Source: Polyangiales bacterium (GTDB taxonomy: Bacteria; Myxococcota_A; Polyangia; Polyangiales; Houyiibacteriaceae). Taken from it: DNA of 42,411 nt. Each line of letters starts with the position of its first letter. The stretch's first letter is position 1. The DNA is taken from positions 1 through 42,411 of the forward strand of contig JBAVOF010000314.1 in NCBI GenBank assembly GCA_049691835.1. Reading direction: 5' to 3'. Position numbers and translations under genes: made by a program. Shown here piece after piece: positions 27,211 to 35,776 of this stretch. The notes under the pieces are model-generated. The model did not search any database. It had not been told where the DNA came from and was given only the letters and a program-made list of their open reading frames with translations.

Positions 27211-27232
27211 CGCTTCGCGTTTAGGCGAAGCG
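27211..27232. terminator. Stem-loop between the convergent OmpA and kinase genes
   Basis: CGCTTCGC-gtttag-GCGAAGCG (8-bp perfect stem). It lies 1 nt beyond the kinase stop and 64 nt beyond the OmpA stop. No U tract on either strand. Confidence 0.3.
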
Positions 27233-27233
27233 A

Positions 27234-30200
27234 CTAGCTGGCGATGCGCACCGGCCAGCGCTCGTCCTCGCGGCCCAGGCTCAGGTTTGCCAGTAGTTGT
27301 CGGGCTTGACGGATCGTGATCCGATCACGGGGATCACGTCGCAGGCAGTGGGCGATCAGCTCGCCGAGCCCTTGGGTCTGCGGGCGGTCGAGGAGCGCAC
27401 GGACCGTGTCCGGGGCTCCGTCGTGCGTGAGGTGCTGGGTGATCAGGACCGCCTCGCCGTTGCCGTCGAACAGAGTCTTCCCGGTGTAGGCCTCGAAAAT
27501 CAAGCATCCAAACGCGTAGACATCGGCAGGCATGGCCCGAGATACGTTCCCGGCGCCCCAAATTTCAGGGGCTCCGTAGTTCGCAGTGCCGCAGCCGGGG
27601 CGCAGATGCCGACCCGCGAGGCCGAAGTCGACGAGCACGGGCTTCGGCGGTTGACCCACACCCGTGACCGCGTCCGCGTTGCGTACGATGATGTTGGACG
27701 GCTTGAGATCCAGGTGACCAACACCCACCTGGTGCATCGCGTCGAGCCCAGCCCCAACGCCGAGCAGCAACTCCCGCGCGCGGGCCAAGGAAAGCTCGCC
27801 CATCTCAAGCATGCGTTCGAGGCTTGGCCCCTCTATCAGGTCCATGACCAGGATCGGCTTGGGCTGCGCGCCGGCGTCGAACGTGACGAAGCGGGCGATG
27901 TTGGGGTGATCCGGCAGCGCGAGTAGCGCACCGGCCTCCTCGCGAAAGAGACGAAGGAATTCTTCCTCCGAGAGTGTCCGCGCGGCAGCCGCAGAATAGT
28001 CGGGTACCTTCAACGCGAACACCGGCGCCGTTACGTCTTGCCGCTCCTCAACGCGGCGTGCGACGAAGACGGAGCCCACTGCGCCACTGCCTACCGTTCG
28101 TACGAGGTAGAAACCTCCGACGACCCGGCTCGGCGGCACCCAGGCTGGAAGCGGTGCGTCCGACTCCATTTCCAACGGCGCTAGGCTCGGCGCGCGCCTC
28201 GGGCCGTCTAGCGGAAGCGAGCGCAGGTGCTCCAGGACGGCGCAGGTGAGCTCGGCAAACGCACCCGGCAAGTCCCTCTCGACGGCGCTCGTTGCTCTGC
28301 AGAGAGCCTGGTCGATCTCCGAGCCGGAGCCGCGAAGGGCGCGCTCGACCTCTAGCCCCATGCCCCAGATGGCAGAGGCCGAGGTTGGAGGTTCCTCCTC
28401 GACGATCGCGCCCAATCGTCGCCGAGCGCCGCTGACGAGCTGGGCCATCATCGCCACGCCTCGTTCTAGCGTGGCCAGTGGCGTGCTGGACGAGCGTTCG
28501 GCGACCTCGGTGAGCGAGCTCGACGCGCCGACGGACCGGAGCCCGCGTGCGAGAAGTGAGAGCGATTGGCGAAACGCTTCGATCCGCGCGGACCGTGCCG
28601 CGGGCAGCTCGTTCCCGATTGCTTTGAGCGCATCGGTTGCCGCGACCAAGCCATGCCCATCTCTCTGTGCGGTTCGAGCGGCTTGTTGAAGCTTCGCGTA
28701 CGCCCGAAGCGCGCTTTCGATCTCCGGGACCATCGAGGCTTCGGCCATCGTCCGCAAGTCATTCAGATGGGAGACGTTTCCTGCAGCCGCGATGACGATG
28801 TCCGAAACATCGGCGATGTCCTCGCGCACCAGAGCGTCGCACGTGCGAGCCGTCGCTGCGCACAGCGTTCGGCGCAGGGAGCTCTTTGGATCGCATTGAA
28901 CCCGGTGGAGCAGAACCCGCTGCGTCAAGAGACGTCGCTGGCGGACCAGCTCCTTTCGCGGGTCGACCTGCGGTCCGTCTGCATCGACTAGATGCAGCAT
29001 GGTTCGCAGTTGACGCAGGCGAATCGTGAACTGCGCGACGGGACTGCCTTCGTCCAACGGATCGCCTTCGCGGATCACGAGCCAATTCGTGACCCGCTGA
29101 AAGAGATCTCCCAGGCGTTCGTCGTGCGGGCGCTGCGCATCGTCGTCCTCGCCGACGAGGAGGAGGTCGTTCAGCGTCGAGCCCTCGAACAGCGCCGAGT
29201 CTAGCTCGCGGAGTGCCAGAAACACGGAGGTATCGGGGTCCCCATGGCCCGTTACGGGACCTTCCAGGAGCCCGACTTTCCTGGCCGCCGCCTCTAGGAT
29301 GGGCTGGGCCGCACGTGCCGCTTCGTAGGCTCCCTCGCTTGCGAACGTCTCGAGCGCATCCGATATCATGTCGAGGAGCACGGGCTGGCCCCGTGTTCGA
29401 GTGCCGCGAAGCTCGTCGGCGAGAGCTGTCATCAGCGCGGTGCGGCCTGTGTCTTCGTCACCGCCTTGAGCGATCGACTTGCGCAGGTGTACCTCCGCCC
29501 TCTTCGCGGCGTCCTTCGCAAAGTCCGGACGAACGCGTTCGCGCCGGAGCTCGACCAAGGCCTCTGCGGTGTCCAATCCCCCAACGCGGGTCAGCTGATC
29601 GAGCAAGGACTCGACCACGGCCGGGTGGCTTTCGGCTGCGCTTGGAAGTCCGGCGATCATTGCGGCGGCGATCCCGTGGTCCTGCTGAAAGATAACCGAC
29701 TGGAGGAGCTCGCGGCACCGTCGCAGACCCTCCTCAGGATCGACCGCGATGCTTGCGGCCAGCGAAACTGCCGCGCGCCGCCACTCGGTGATGGTGAACT
29801 CCGGGTCGAGGTGGCGCTGTACCTCTTGTCCGAGAGTCGGCATTGAGACGCAAAGCAGGCCTCTGGCGGAGGCTACGTGTCGCCAAACGAGAGTCTCGCG
29901 ATCCCCGAGGAGTCGGTCCCACGCCTCGCGGATGGCGTCTGTGCAAAACACTCGGATTCCCGCATCGTCGCCCTCGGCCGCACGACGTGCCGCTTCGCGC
30001 GCCGCGCGTTCCAACAGTCGGGCGGCAAGACGTCGGGAGGGAAGCGATCCACGTGCCGGTATGCGTAGCCAATCGCGGCTCGAATCCGGCCGAGAGATCA
30101 GTGCGAGCGCGAGAGCATCGACGTTGTTCACCGTGCCAATCGGCAAGCTCAACGCGAGTGCGACGCGCGCACGCATCGACTGGCCGCTGAGCGCCCGCTG

Positions 30201-30581
30201 AGATCCGAGAGCGAGCTGGGTTGCGACGGACACGAACGTGGCTGCATCACCGCTACGAAGACGTTGAAGGACCATCCTTCCGAGCTCACGCTTGATCGGG
30301 CTCGCGGGCAGGGCGGCAGCTACCTCGTACAGCGCTGCCGCAGCCGAAGGCCGCGAGAGCCAGTCGAGGGCATCGACCAAACCGGCCTCCATCGCAAACT
30401 CCATGCTACGCAGAAGAGCCTCGGGATCGAGTCCTTCGAGCGGGACTGGTCGACGCTCATCGACGACCGCACGGGCGAGCGTTGCCATGCCCTGCCGCCA
30501 GGCCGCCTCCCGCTGCTCCAAGGTCGGCAGTCGGTGCAAGGCCGTCAAGCCTTCGAGCCGGTCCCTGGTTGCAACGCGCAT
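27234..30581 (-). CDS. Hanks-type Ser/Thr protein kinase: C-terminal kinase domain, large uncharacterised helical N-terminal region
   Basis: 1115 aa. The kinase domain spans about residues 823-1098 (nt about 27288-28115). It has the G-loop GSGAVGSV, the VAIK-like FALKV, the catalytic loop HLDLKPSNI (non-RD), DFG, and APE (GAPEIW). Residues 1-820 are Ala/Leu/Arg-rich with no TM segment and no motif I recognise. Confidence 0.85.
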   Translation of the reverse strand: MRVATRDRLEGLTALHRLPTLEQREAAWRQGMATLARAVVDERRPVPLEGLDPEALLRSMEFAMEAGLVDALDWLSRPSAAAALYEVAAALPASPIKRELGRMVLQRLRSGDAATFVSVATQLALGSQRALSGQSMRARVALALSLPIGTVNNVDALALALISRPDSSRDWLRIPARGSLPSRRLAARLLERAAREAARRAAEGDDAGIRVFCTDAIREAWDRLLGDRETLVWRHVASARGLLCVSMPTLGQEVQRHLDPEFTITEWRRAAVSLAASIAVDPEEGLRRCRELLQSVIFQQDHGIAAAMIAGLPSAAESHPAVVESLLDQLTRVGGLDTAEALVELRRERVRPDFAKDAAKRAEVHLRKSIAQGGDEDTGRTALMTALADELRGTRTRGQPVLLDMISDALETFASEGAYEAARAAQPILEAAARKVGLLEGPVTGHGDPDTSVFLALRELDSALFEGSTLNDLLLVGEDDDAQRPHDERLGDLFQRVTNWLVIREGDPLDEGSPVAQFTIRLRQLRTMLHLVDADGPQVDPRKELVRQRRLLTQRVLLHRVQCDPKSSLRRTLCAATARTCDALVREDIADVSDIVIAAAGNVSHLNDLRTMAEASMVPEIESALRAYAKLQQAARTAQRDGHGLVAATDALKAIGNELPAARSARIEAFRQSLSLLARGLRSVGASSSLTEVAERSSSTPLATLERGVAMMAQLVSGARRRLGAIVEEEPPTSASAIWGMGLEVERALRGSGSEIDQALCRATSAVERDLPGAFAELTCAVLEHLRSLPLDGPRRAPSLAPLEMESDAPLPAWVPPSRVVGGFYLVRTVGSGAVGSVFVARRVEERQDVTAPVFALKVPDYSAAAARTLSEEEFLRLFREEAGALLALPDHPNIARFVTFDAGAQPKPILVMDLIEGPSLERMLEMGELSLARARELLLGVGAGLDAMHQVGVGHLDLKPSNIIVRNADAVTGVGQPPKPVLVDFGLAGRHLRPGCGTANYGAPEIWGAGNVSRAMPADVYAFGCLIFEAYTGKTLFDGNGEAVLITQHLTHDGAPDTVRALLDRPQTQGLGELIAHCLRRDPRDRITIRQARQLLANLSLGREDERWPVRIAS

Positions 30582-30661
30582 CCTCCGTGATTCTAGCCTG
30601 CCGATCGCGTATCCGAAAGCGCGGTTGACAAGGATGCATCAAACATCTAGCCCAAAGTAAC

Positions 30662-31429
30662 GTGGCCCAACTTTCCTTCGAGTTTGCCGGCGAGCCGCCG
30701 TCGATCGCGGGGCACGCCGTTGCGGAGCGTCCTGAGGACGATCTGGACCGGGCGTACGCGCGTGCTTCTGGTTGGAGTCGGGCGCTGGCGCAGCGATTGG
30801 GGCAGCCAATTCGCCTCGTCGTCACCGATAACCGGAGCACCATGCTTTCGGCCCGCCCAAGGGGAGGTCGCCTGGAGGTTCGTCTCCATCACATGTTTTT
30901 GACCGCCGAAGAGGACATCCTGGACGCGGTGGGTGACTACCTGAGCGACAGCGACGCCCGCGCGGCCGGCGTGATCGACCGCTTCGTCGAGGACAATCGT
31001 TCCAGATTCGTCGCAGCCGGCCCTCCTCAGGAGACCTTGCGCTCCGAAGGACGTCACCATGACCTGCGGGCCATCTTGGATGACTTGGCGCGGCGGCACT
31101 TTGGCGGTTCGGTTGATGTCCGCATCGCGTGGGGCAAGCGGGTTCAACCGAAGCGGCGCCAGCGTTCGCTGCAACTCGGGACGTACCTACCCGAGGAGCG
31201 CTTGATCCGGATTCACGCCGTTCTCGATCAGCCTTGGGTTCCGGGCTTCTTTGTGCAGGCCGTGGTGTTTCACGAAATGCTCCACCATGAGATGCCCGCC
31301 ATATTGCGCAACGGCCGCCACCACTATCATACTCGGGCGTTTCGAAAACGTGAGCGGAGCTTCGAGTGGCACAGCGCGGCCCAGCAATGGCAGCAGGATA
31401 ACCTATGGCGCTTGCTGCGAGGCCGCTGA
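30662..31429 (+). CDS. SprT-like / DUF45-like zinc metalloprotease (HExxH)
   Basis: 255 aa with a GTG start. IRLVVTDNRSTMLSARPRGGRLEVRLHHMF resembles the N-terminal SprT segment. FHEMLHH is the HExxH motif, followed by HYHTRAFRKRE. Confidence 0.55.
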   Translation: MAQLSFEFAGEPPSIAGHAVAERPEDDLDRAYARASGWSRALAQRLGQPIRLVVTDNRSTMLSARPRGGRLEVRLHHMFLTAEEDILDAVGDYLSDSDARAAGVIDRFVEDNRSRFVAAGPPQETLRSEGRHHDLRAILDDLARRHFGGSVDVRIAWGKRVQPKRRQRSLQLGTYLPEERLIRIHAVLDQPWVPGFFVQAVVFHEMLHHEMPAILRNGRHHYHTRAFRKRERSFEWHSAAQQWQQDNLWRLLRGR

Positions 31430-31447
31430 TTCGGCGCGATTGAATCC

Positions 31448-32389
31448 ATGGCACGTCGGCGCAAGATCCGGTCTTCGATCTCGATCCCGATCACCCTGGG
31501 GGCGATCACCGTCCTGTTGAGCATCGGGCTCCTGGTGGGCTGGTCGTTCCTTCTCGGGCAGAAGATCACCCGTTCGGCAGACGTTGCTGGAGACGTCTGG
31601 CTGCTCGTGCTTGGCGCGCTGTCCTTCGTGTTGATCATCGTCGTCTTGGTCTTGTTCGTCGTGTCGCTTGCTCGCGGGATCATCGAGGTGCGAAAGCAAG
31701 ACAGCTTCATCGACTCCGTCACGCACGAGTTGAAGAGCCCACTGGCATCGTTGCAGCTGTGTCTAGACACGCTCGGCCGCGAGGGTCTCGACGACGCGGC
31801 GCGCGAGCAGCTCCGTCACATGATGCGCGAGGACGTCGACCGTCTGCGCGCATTCATCGATGATGTCCTCGAAGCCAATCGTTTGTCCTACGCGCGGCCA
31901 GGCATGTTAAACCTCAGCGACGTGCCGCTTGCGCAGCTTGCAGAACAGTGCGCCCAGGCCGTTCGAAACCGGCACAGGCTCGGAACCGACGAGGTTTGCG
32001 TGGACGTCGATCCAGAGTTGGTCGTTACCACCGATCGCGGCGCACTCGAGATCATCGTCAACAACCTCATCGATAATGCCGCCAAATACTCGGATCGTCC
32101 GGCACGCGTCAAGGTTGTGGGACGGAGGGATTCCGAAAAGAAGGTGAGGCTCGAGGTGAGCGACGAGGGGATCGGAATCGATCGGAAGAATCTGAAGCGA
32201 GTGTTTCACCGGTTCTACCGTGTCGAGGATCAAGAGGTTCGACAGCGCCGAGGCACGGGTCTTGGGCTTTTTGTCGTTTGGGCGCTGGTCCAGCAGCTAG
32301 GCGGTGATGTACAAGCGTTTTCTGAAGGGCCCGGACGTGGCACCACCATGCGCGTCGAGCTCCCAGCCACCCGCACAACGAGCGGATGA
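31448..32389 (+). CDS. Sensor histidine kinase, two TM helices with a ~13-aa outer loop, no HAMP/PAS (intramembrane-sensing type)
   Basis: 313 aa. The H-box SVTHELKSPLASL has its His about 19 residues after TM2. N-box NNLIDNAAKYS, G1 SDEGIGID, G2 GTGLGL. Confidence 0.85.
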   Translation: MARRRKIRSSISIPITLGAITVLLSIGLLVGWSFLLGQKITRSADVAGDVWLLVLGALSFVLIIVVLVLFVVSLARGIIEVRKQDSFIDSVTHELKSPLASLQLCLDTLGREGLDDAAREQLRHMMREDVDRLRAFIDDVLEANRLSYARPGMLNLSDVPLAQLAEQCAQAVRNRHRLGTDEVCVDVDPELVVTTDRGALEIIVNNLIDNAAKYSDRPARVKVVGRRDSEKKVRLEVSDEGIGIDRKNLKRVFHRFYRVEDQEVRQRRGTGLGLFVVWALVQQLGGDVQAFSEGPGRGTTMRVELPATRTTSG

Positions 32390-33102
32390 TGCCGGAACGT
32401 GAAACGCAGAGGCTGTTGATTGTCGAAGACGAGGATCACCTTGCGGCCGGCCTCAAACTGAATCTCGAGCTCGAAGGCTACCGCGTCGACGTCGCCGCAA
32501 ACGCCAAGGAGGCCGGCCAGCGCTTGCTCGATCCAAAGGGCTACGATGCGATCGTGCTGGACGTCATGTTGCCCGACGTCAACGGCTTCGAGCTCTGCAA
32601 GAGGTTTCGCGAATCGGGGAACTTCGTGCCCGTGATCATGCTCACCGCACGCTCCTCCCCTGAAGACCGAGTTCTCGGCCTGGAAGCCGGTGCAGACGAT
32701 TACATGGTCAAGCCGTTCGAGCTCAACGAGCTGCTGGCCCGGGTGCGTTCGGTGCTCCGTCGTCAGCGCTGGGAGCACGTCACCGGAAACAGCGCCAAGG
32801 CTGCGACCCTGTCCTTTGGCGAGGCCCGGATCAACTTCGACACCCACGAGGTCACGGTATCGGGTGAGGCGGTTCAGCTGACCCAGCTGGAGCTCGATCT
32901 TCTTCGTTACTTCGCGGAGAACCCCGGCCGTGTCCTCAGCAGGACCGAGCTGCTCGAGCGCGTGTGGAAGCTTCGCAACTACGGCAACACCCGGACGGTG
33001 GATAACTTCATCTCGCGCCTGCGCCGCCGCTTCGAAGATGATCCCAGCTCGCCGACCCACTTTCTCTCCGTCCGTGGAGCCGGCTACAAGTTCGTCGTCT
33101 GA
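32386..33102 (+). CDS. OmpR/PhoB-family response regulator
   Basis: 238 aa. Receiver domain: LLIVEDEDHL, DAIVLDVMLPDVNG, MLTARS, DDYMVKPF. Winged helix: LTQLELDLLRYF...RTVDNFISRLRRRF...VRGAGYKF. The start overlaps the HK stop (ATGATG/TGA at 32386-32391). Confidence 0.9.
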   Translation: MMPERETQRLLIVEDEDHLAAGLKLNLELEGYRVDVAANAKEAGQRLLDPKGYDAIVLDVMLPDVNGFELCKRFRESGNFVPVIMLTARSSPEDRVLGLEAGADDYMVKPFELNELLARVRSVLRRQRWEHVTGNSAKAATLSFGEARINFDTHEVTVSGEAVQLTQLELDLLRYFAENPGRVLSRTELLERVWKLRNYGNTRTVDNFISRLRRRFEDDPSSPTHFLSVRGAGYKFVV

Positions 33103-33206
33103 GCTCTCTCAAACCGCTGCCGAGCGCCGCTTTTGTTACACAACTATGACAAAACGGGACTGAACCGTGACGGTGCTCGGGACGCGGCTGGGGTAATCTG
33201 CGGGTC

Positions 33207-34133
33207 ATGACAATGAAGGTCTTGGACGCTGATCCACCGGTTGGCTCTCTGAGCCGTGCCGAGCAGTGGCGGCGATCCACGATATTCGTGCTCTCTCACC
33301 TGGCCGTGCTCGGAGCGTTCTGGTCCGGGGTGACTTGGGAGTCGCTCGTGCTGTGCTTCGTCTTGCTGTTGGTTCGCCTTTGGGGGGTTACCGCGGGCTA
33401 TCACCGATACTTCTCGCACCGGACATACAAGACGAGTCGAGCCTTTCAATTTTTTCTAGCGGTTCTGGCACAAAGCAGCTCCCAAAAAGGTGTGCTCTGG
33501 TGGGCGGCGCACCACCGTGTGCATCACAAGCTCTCGGATCAACCGGGAGACGTACACTCGCCGGTGCAAGCTAGCTTCGCGTACGCGCACCTCGGATGGA
33601 TTTTCGACGACACCGAAGAGACCCGCTGGGACAAGATCCGCGACTTCGCGAAGTACCCCGAGCTCCGCTGGCTCAACAAGTACTGGGCCGTTCCTCCGGC
33701 TGCACTTGCGATCGCGTGTTTCTTCATCGCCGGTTGGCCGGGTTTGTTCATCGGCTTCTTCTTGAGCACGGTGCTGCTCTGGCACAACACCTTTCTGATC
33801 AACTCGCTCACACACGTCTGGGGCAAAAAAAGATTCGACACCTCGGACCAGAGCAGAAACAACCTACTGACCGCCCTACTGACACTTGGAGAGGGCTGGC
33901 ACAACAACCACCATCACTATCAGTCTTCGTGTCGAAACGGTTTCTACTGGTGGGAAGTGGACGTGACATACTACGTGCTCAAGACGCTGAGCTGGTTGGG
34001 GGTGGTGTGGGATATTCGAGAGGTTCCGGAGCACGTCCTGGAAGAAGGACGCCGTCGCGACAGCGGCCAGGCCTGTGCCCCGGACGCGCCCGCCAGCGGC
34101 GGCGCCAACGAGAGCCTGAGCCTCGCGGCTTAG
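33207..34133 (+). CDS. Membrane acyl-CoA (delta-9-type) fatty acid desaturase
   Basis: 308 aa. Three His boxes: HRYFSHRTY, HHRVHHKLSD, HNNHHHY. Confidence 0.85.
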   Translation: MTMKVLDADPPVGSLSRAEQWRRSTIFVLSHLAVLGAFWSGVTWESLVLCFVLLLVRLWGVTAGYHRYFSHRTYKTSRAFQFFLAVLAQSSSQKGVLWWAAHHRVHHKLSDQPGDVHSPVQASFAYAHLGWIFDDTEETRWDKIRDFAKYPELRWLNKYWAVPPAALAIACFFIAGWPGLFIGFFLSTVLLWHNTFLINSLTHVWGKKRFDTSDQSRNNLLTALLTLGEGWHNNHHHYQSSCRNGFYWWEVDVTYYVLKTLSWLGVVWDIREVPEHVLEEGRRRDSGQACAPDAPASGGANESLSLAA

Positions 34134-34163
34134 CGCCCGGCTACAGCCACCAACGTAGGATAT

Positions 34164-34189
34164 GCGCCCACCAGGGCGCTGGTCTCTTC
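34164..34189 (+). terminator. Candidate intrinsic terminator after the desaturase gene
   Basis: GCGCCC-acca-GGGCGC (34164-34179) followed by TGGTCTCTTC. It starts 30 nt after the TAG at 34131. Confidence 0.4.
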
Positions 34190-34290
34190 GCGGGTTGCCA
34201 ATTGCGTTCGTTGCTGGGCATCAGGGCCTCCGTTGAGTAGTGACGTACCCCGTTCGGCGATTATACAGTGATCGAAACGATTTCCGAATT

Positions 34291-34319
34291 GTTTCACCAT
34301 TGACGGAACTACCTAGAAT
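34291..34319 (+). promoter_or_regulatory. Candidate promoter of the aldehyde dehydrogenase gene
   Basis: GTTTCA (34291-34296), 17 nt, TAGAAT (34314-34319), located in the most AT-rich stretch of the window. An AGGAG Shine-Dalgarno sequence lies downstream. Confidence 0.3.
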
Positions 34320-34363
34320 CTAAAGACAATTCTGCAGGAATCCCTGCCGCAGGAGCATAGCCC

Positions 34364-35776
34364 ATGCCCGGATTGCACCTCGTTCCCGCCCCTCATACCG
34401 CCGCCCCTGCCACAGCTTCCGCGCTGTCGGGCGCTCTTCGTGCTCATTTTGCAACCGGGTCGACCCGATCGCTCCGTTGGCGCCTTTCGCAGCTGGATGC
34501 GCTCGAGCATTTCCTCATGGAGCGCGAGCAAGACATTCTTGATGCCCTTCGCGCAGACCTTGGAAAACCTGCGCTCGAGGCTTTCGTTTCGGAGATCGGT
34601 CTGCCGCTTTCCGAGCTTCGACTCACGCGCAGGAATCTGGCTCGCTGGATGAAACCCGAGCGTGTTCGCACCTCGCTCGTTGCGATGCCCGGGCGCAGCT
34701 ACGTTTACAGAGAGCCGCTTGGTGTAACAGTCATCATCGCGGCGTGGAACTACCCCTTACACCTTCTGGTCCTCCCGCTCATCGGCGCGCTCGCAGCCGG
34801 CAACTGCGTCGTGCTCAAGCCCTCCGAGATGGCTCCGAACGTGTCTGCGTTGGTCGCCAAGTGGCTGCCAAAGTATCTCGATCGACGAGCGGTTCAAGTC
34901 GTGGAAGGCGGCGCCGCCGAAACGACCGTGCTCCTGCAAGAGAACTGGGACCACATCTTTTTCACCGGGAGCGGCAGGGTCGCGCGTATCGTCATGGAGG
35001 CTGCCGCGCAGCACCTCACACCTGTCACTCTGGAGCTAGGCGGAAAGAGCCCCTGCATCGTGGACCAGACCGCCGACTTGGACACGGCGGCCAAACGGAT
35101 CGTGTTCGGGAAGTACTTCAATGCGGGTCAAACTTGCCTGGCCCCCGACTACGTCTTGGTGCACGAGGAGGTTCACGATGGCCTCGTCAACCGGATGGTT
35201 TCTGCGATTCGCGAGTTCTATGGTGACGACCCCAAACAGAGCCCCGACTTCGCCAGAATCGTCAACGAGCGTCACCACGCCCGGCTGATCGGGTTCATCG
35301 GCGACGGGGACGTGGTCACAGGGGGCGATACCGATGCGTCCGAACGCTATATCGCGCCGACGATCCTCAGGAACGTCAGGGAAGACGATGCGGTGATGCA
35401 GGAGGAGATCTTCGGACCGGTCCTTCCGGTGATCCCCGTGCCGAGCGTCGATTCGGCGATCGAGTTCGTCCGCCGGAGGGCAAAGCCCCTGGCGCTCTAC
35501 CTGTTCTCGCGTGACCAGGACGCGCAACGCCGTGTCCTGAACGGAACCAGCGCCGGGGGTACGACGTTCAATCATGTTTGGCTTCACGCTGGAGTGCCCC
35601 AGCTGCCATTTGGTGGCGTGGGTGAAAGCGGCATGGGCGCCTATCACGGGCGCCACTCATTCGAGACCTTCTCGCACCGCCGCTCGGTGCTCAAGAAACC
35701 GATCTTCGCGGAACCGCCGATACTCGTCCCACCGTACTCGGCCAGCAAGCTTCGCTGGATCAAGAAGCTGATCTAG
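34364..35776 (+). CDS. Aldehyde dehydrogenase, ALDH3-like (fatty/aromatic aldehyde type)
   Basis: 470 aa. FFTGSGRVARIV, ELGGKSP, catalytic Cys in GQTCLAPDYVLV, EEIFGPVLP. AGGAG (34351-34355) lies 8 nt upstream of the ATG. Confidence 0.85.
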   Translation: MPGLHLVPAPHTAAPATASALSGALRAHFATGSTRSLRWRLSQLDALEHFLMEREQDILDALRADLGKPALEAFVSEIGLPLSELRLTRRNLARWMKPERVRTSLVAMPGRSYVYREPLGVTVIIAAWNYPLHLLVLPLIGALAAGNCVVLKPSEMAPNVSALVAKWLPKYLDRRAVQVVEGGAAETTVLLQENWDHIFFTGSGRVARIVMEAAAQHLTPVTLELGGKSPCIVDQTADLDTAAKRIVFGKYFNAGQTCLAPDYVLVHEEVHDGLVNRMVSAIREFYGDDPKQSPDFARIVNERHHARLIGFIGDGDVVTGGDTDASERYIAPTILRNVREDDAVMQEEIFGPVLPVIPVPSVDSAIEFVRRRAKPLALYLFSRDQDAQRRVLNGTSAGGTTFNHVWLHAGVPQLPFGGVGESGMGAYHGRHSFETFSHRRSVLKKPIFAEPPILVPPYSASKLRWIKKLI

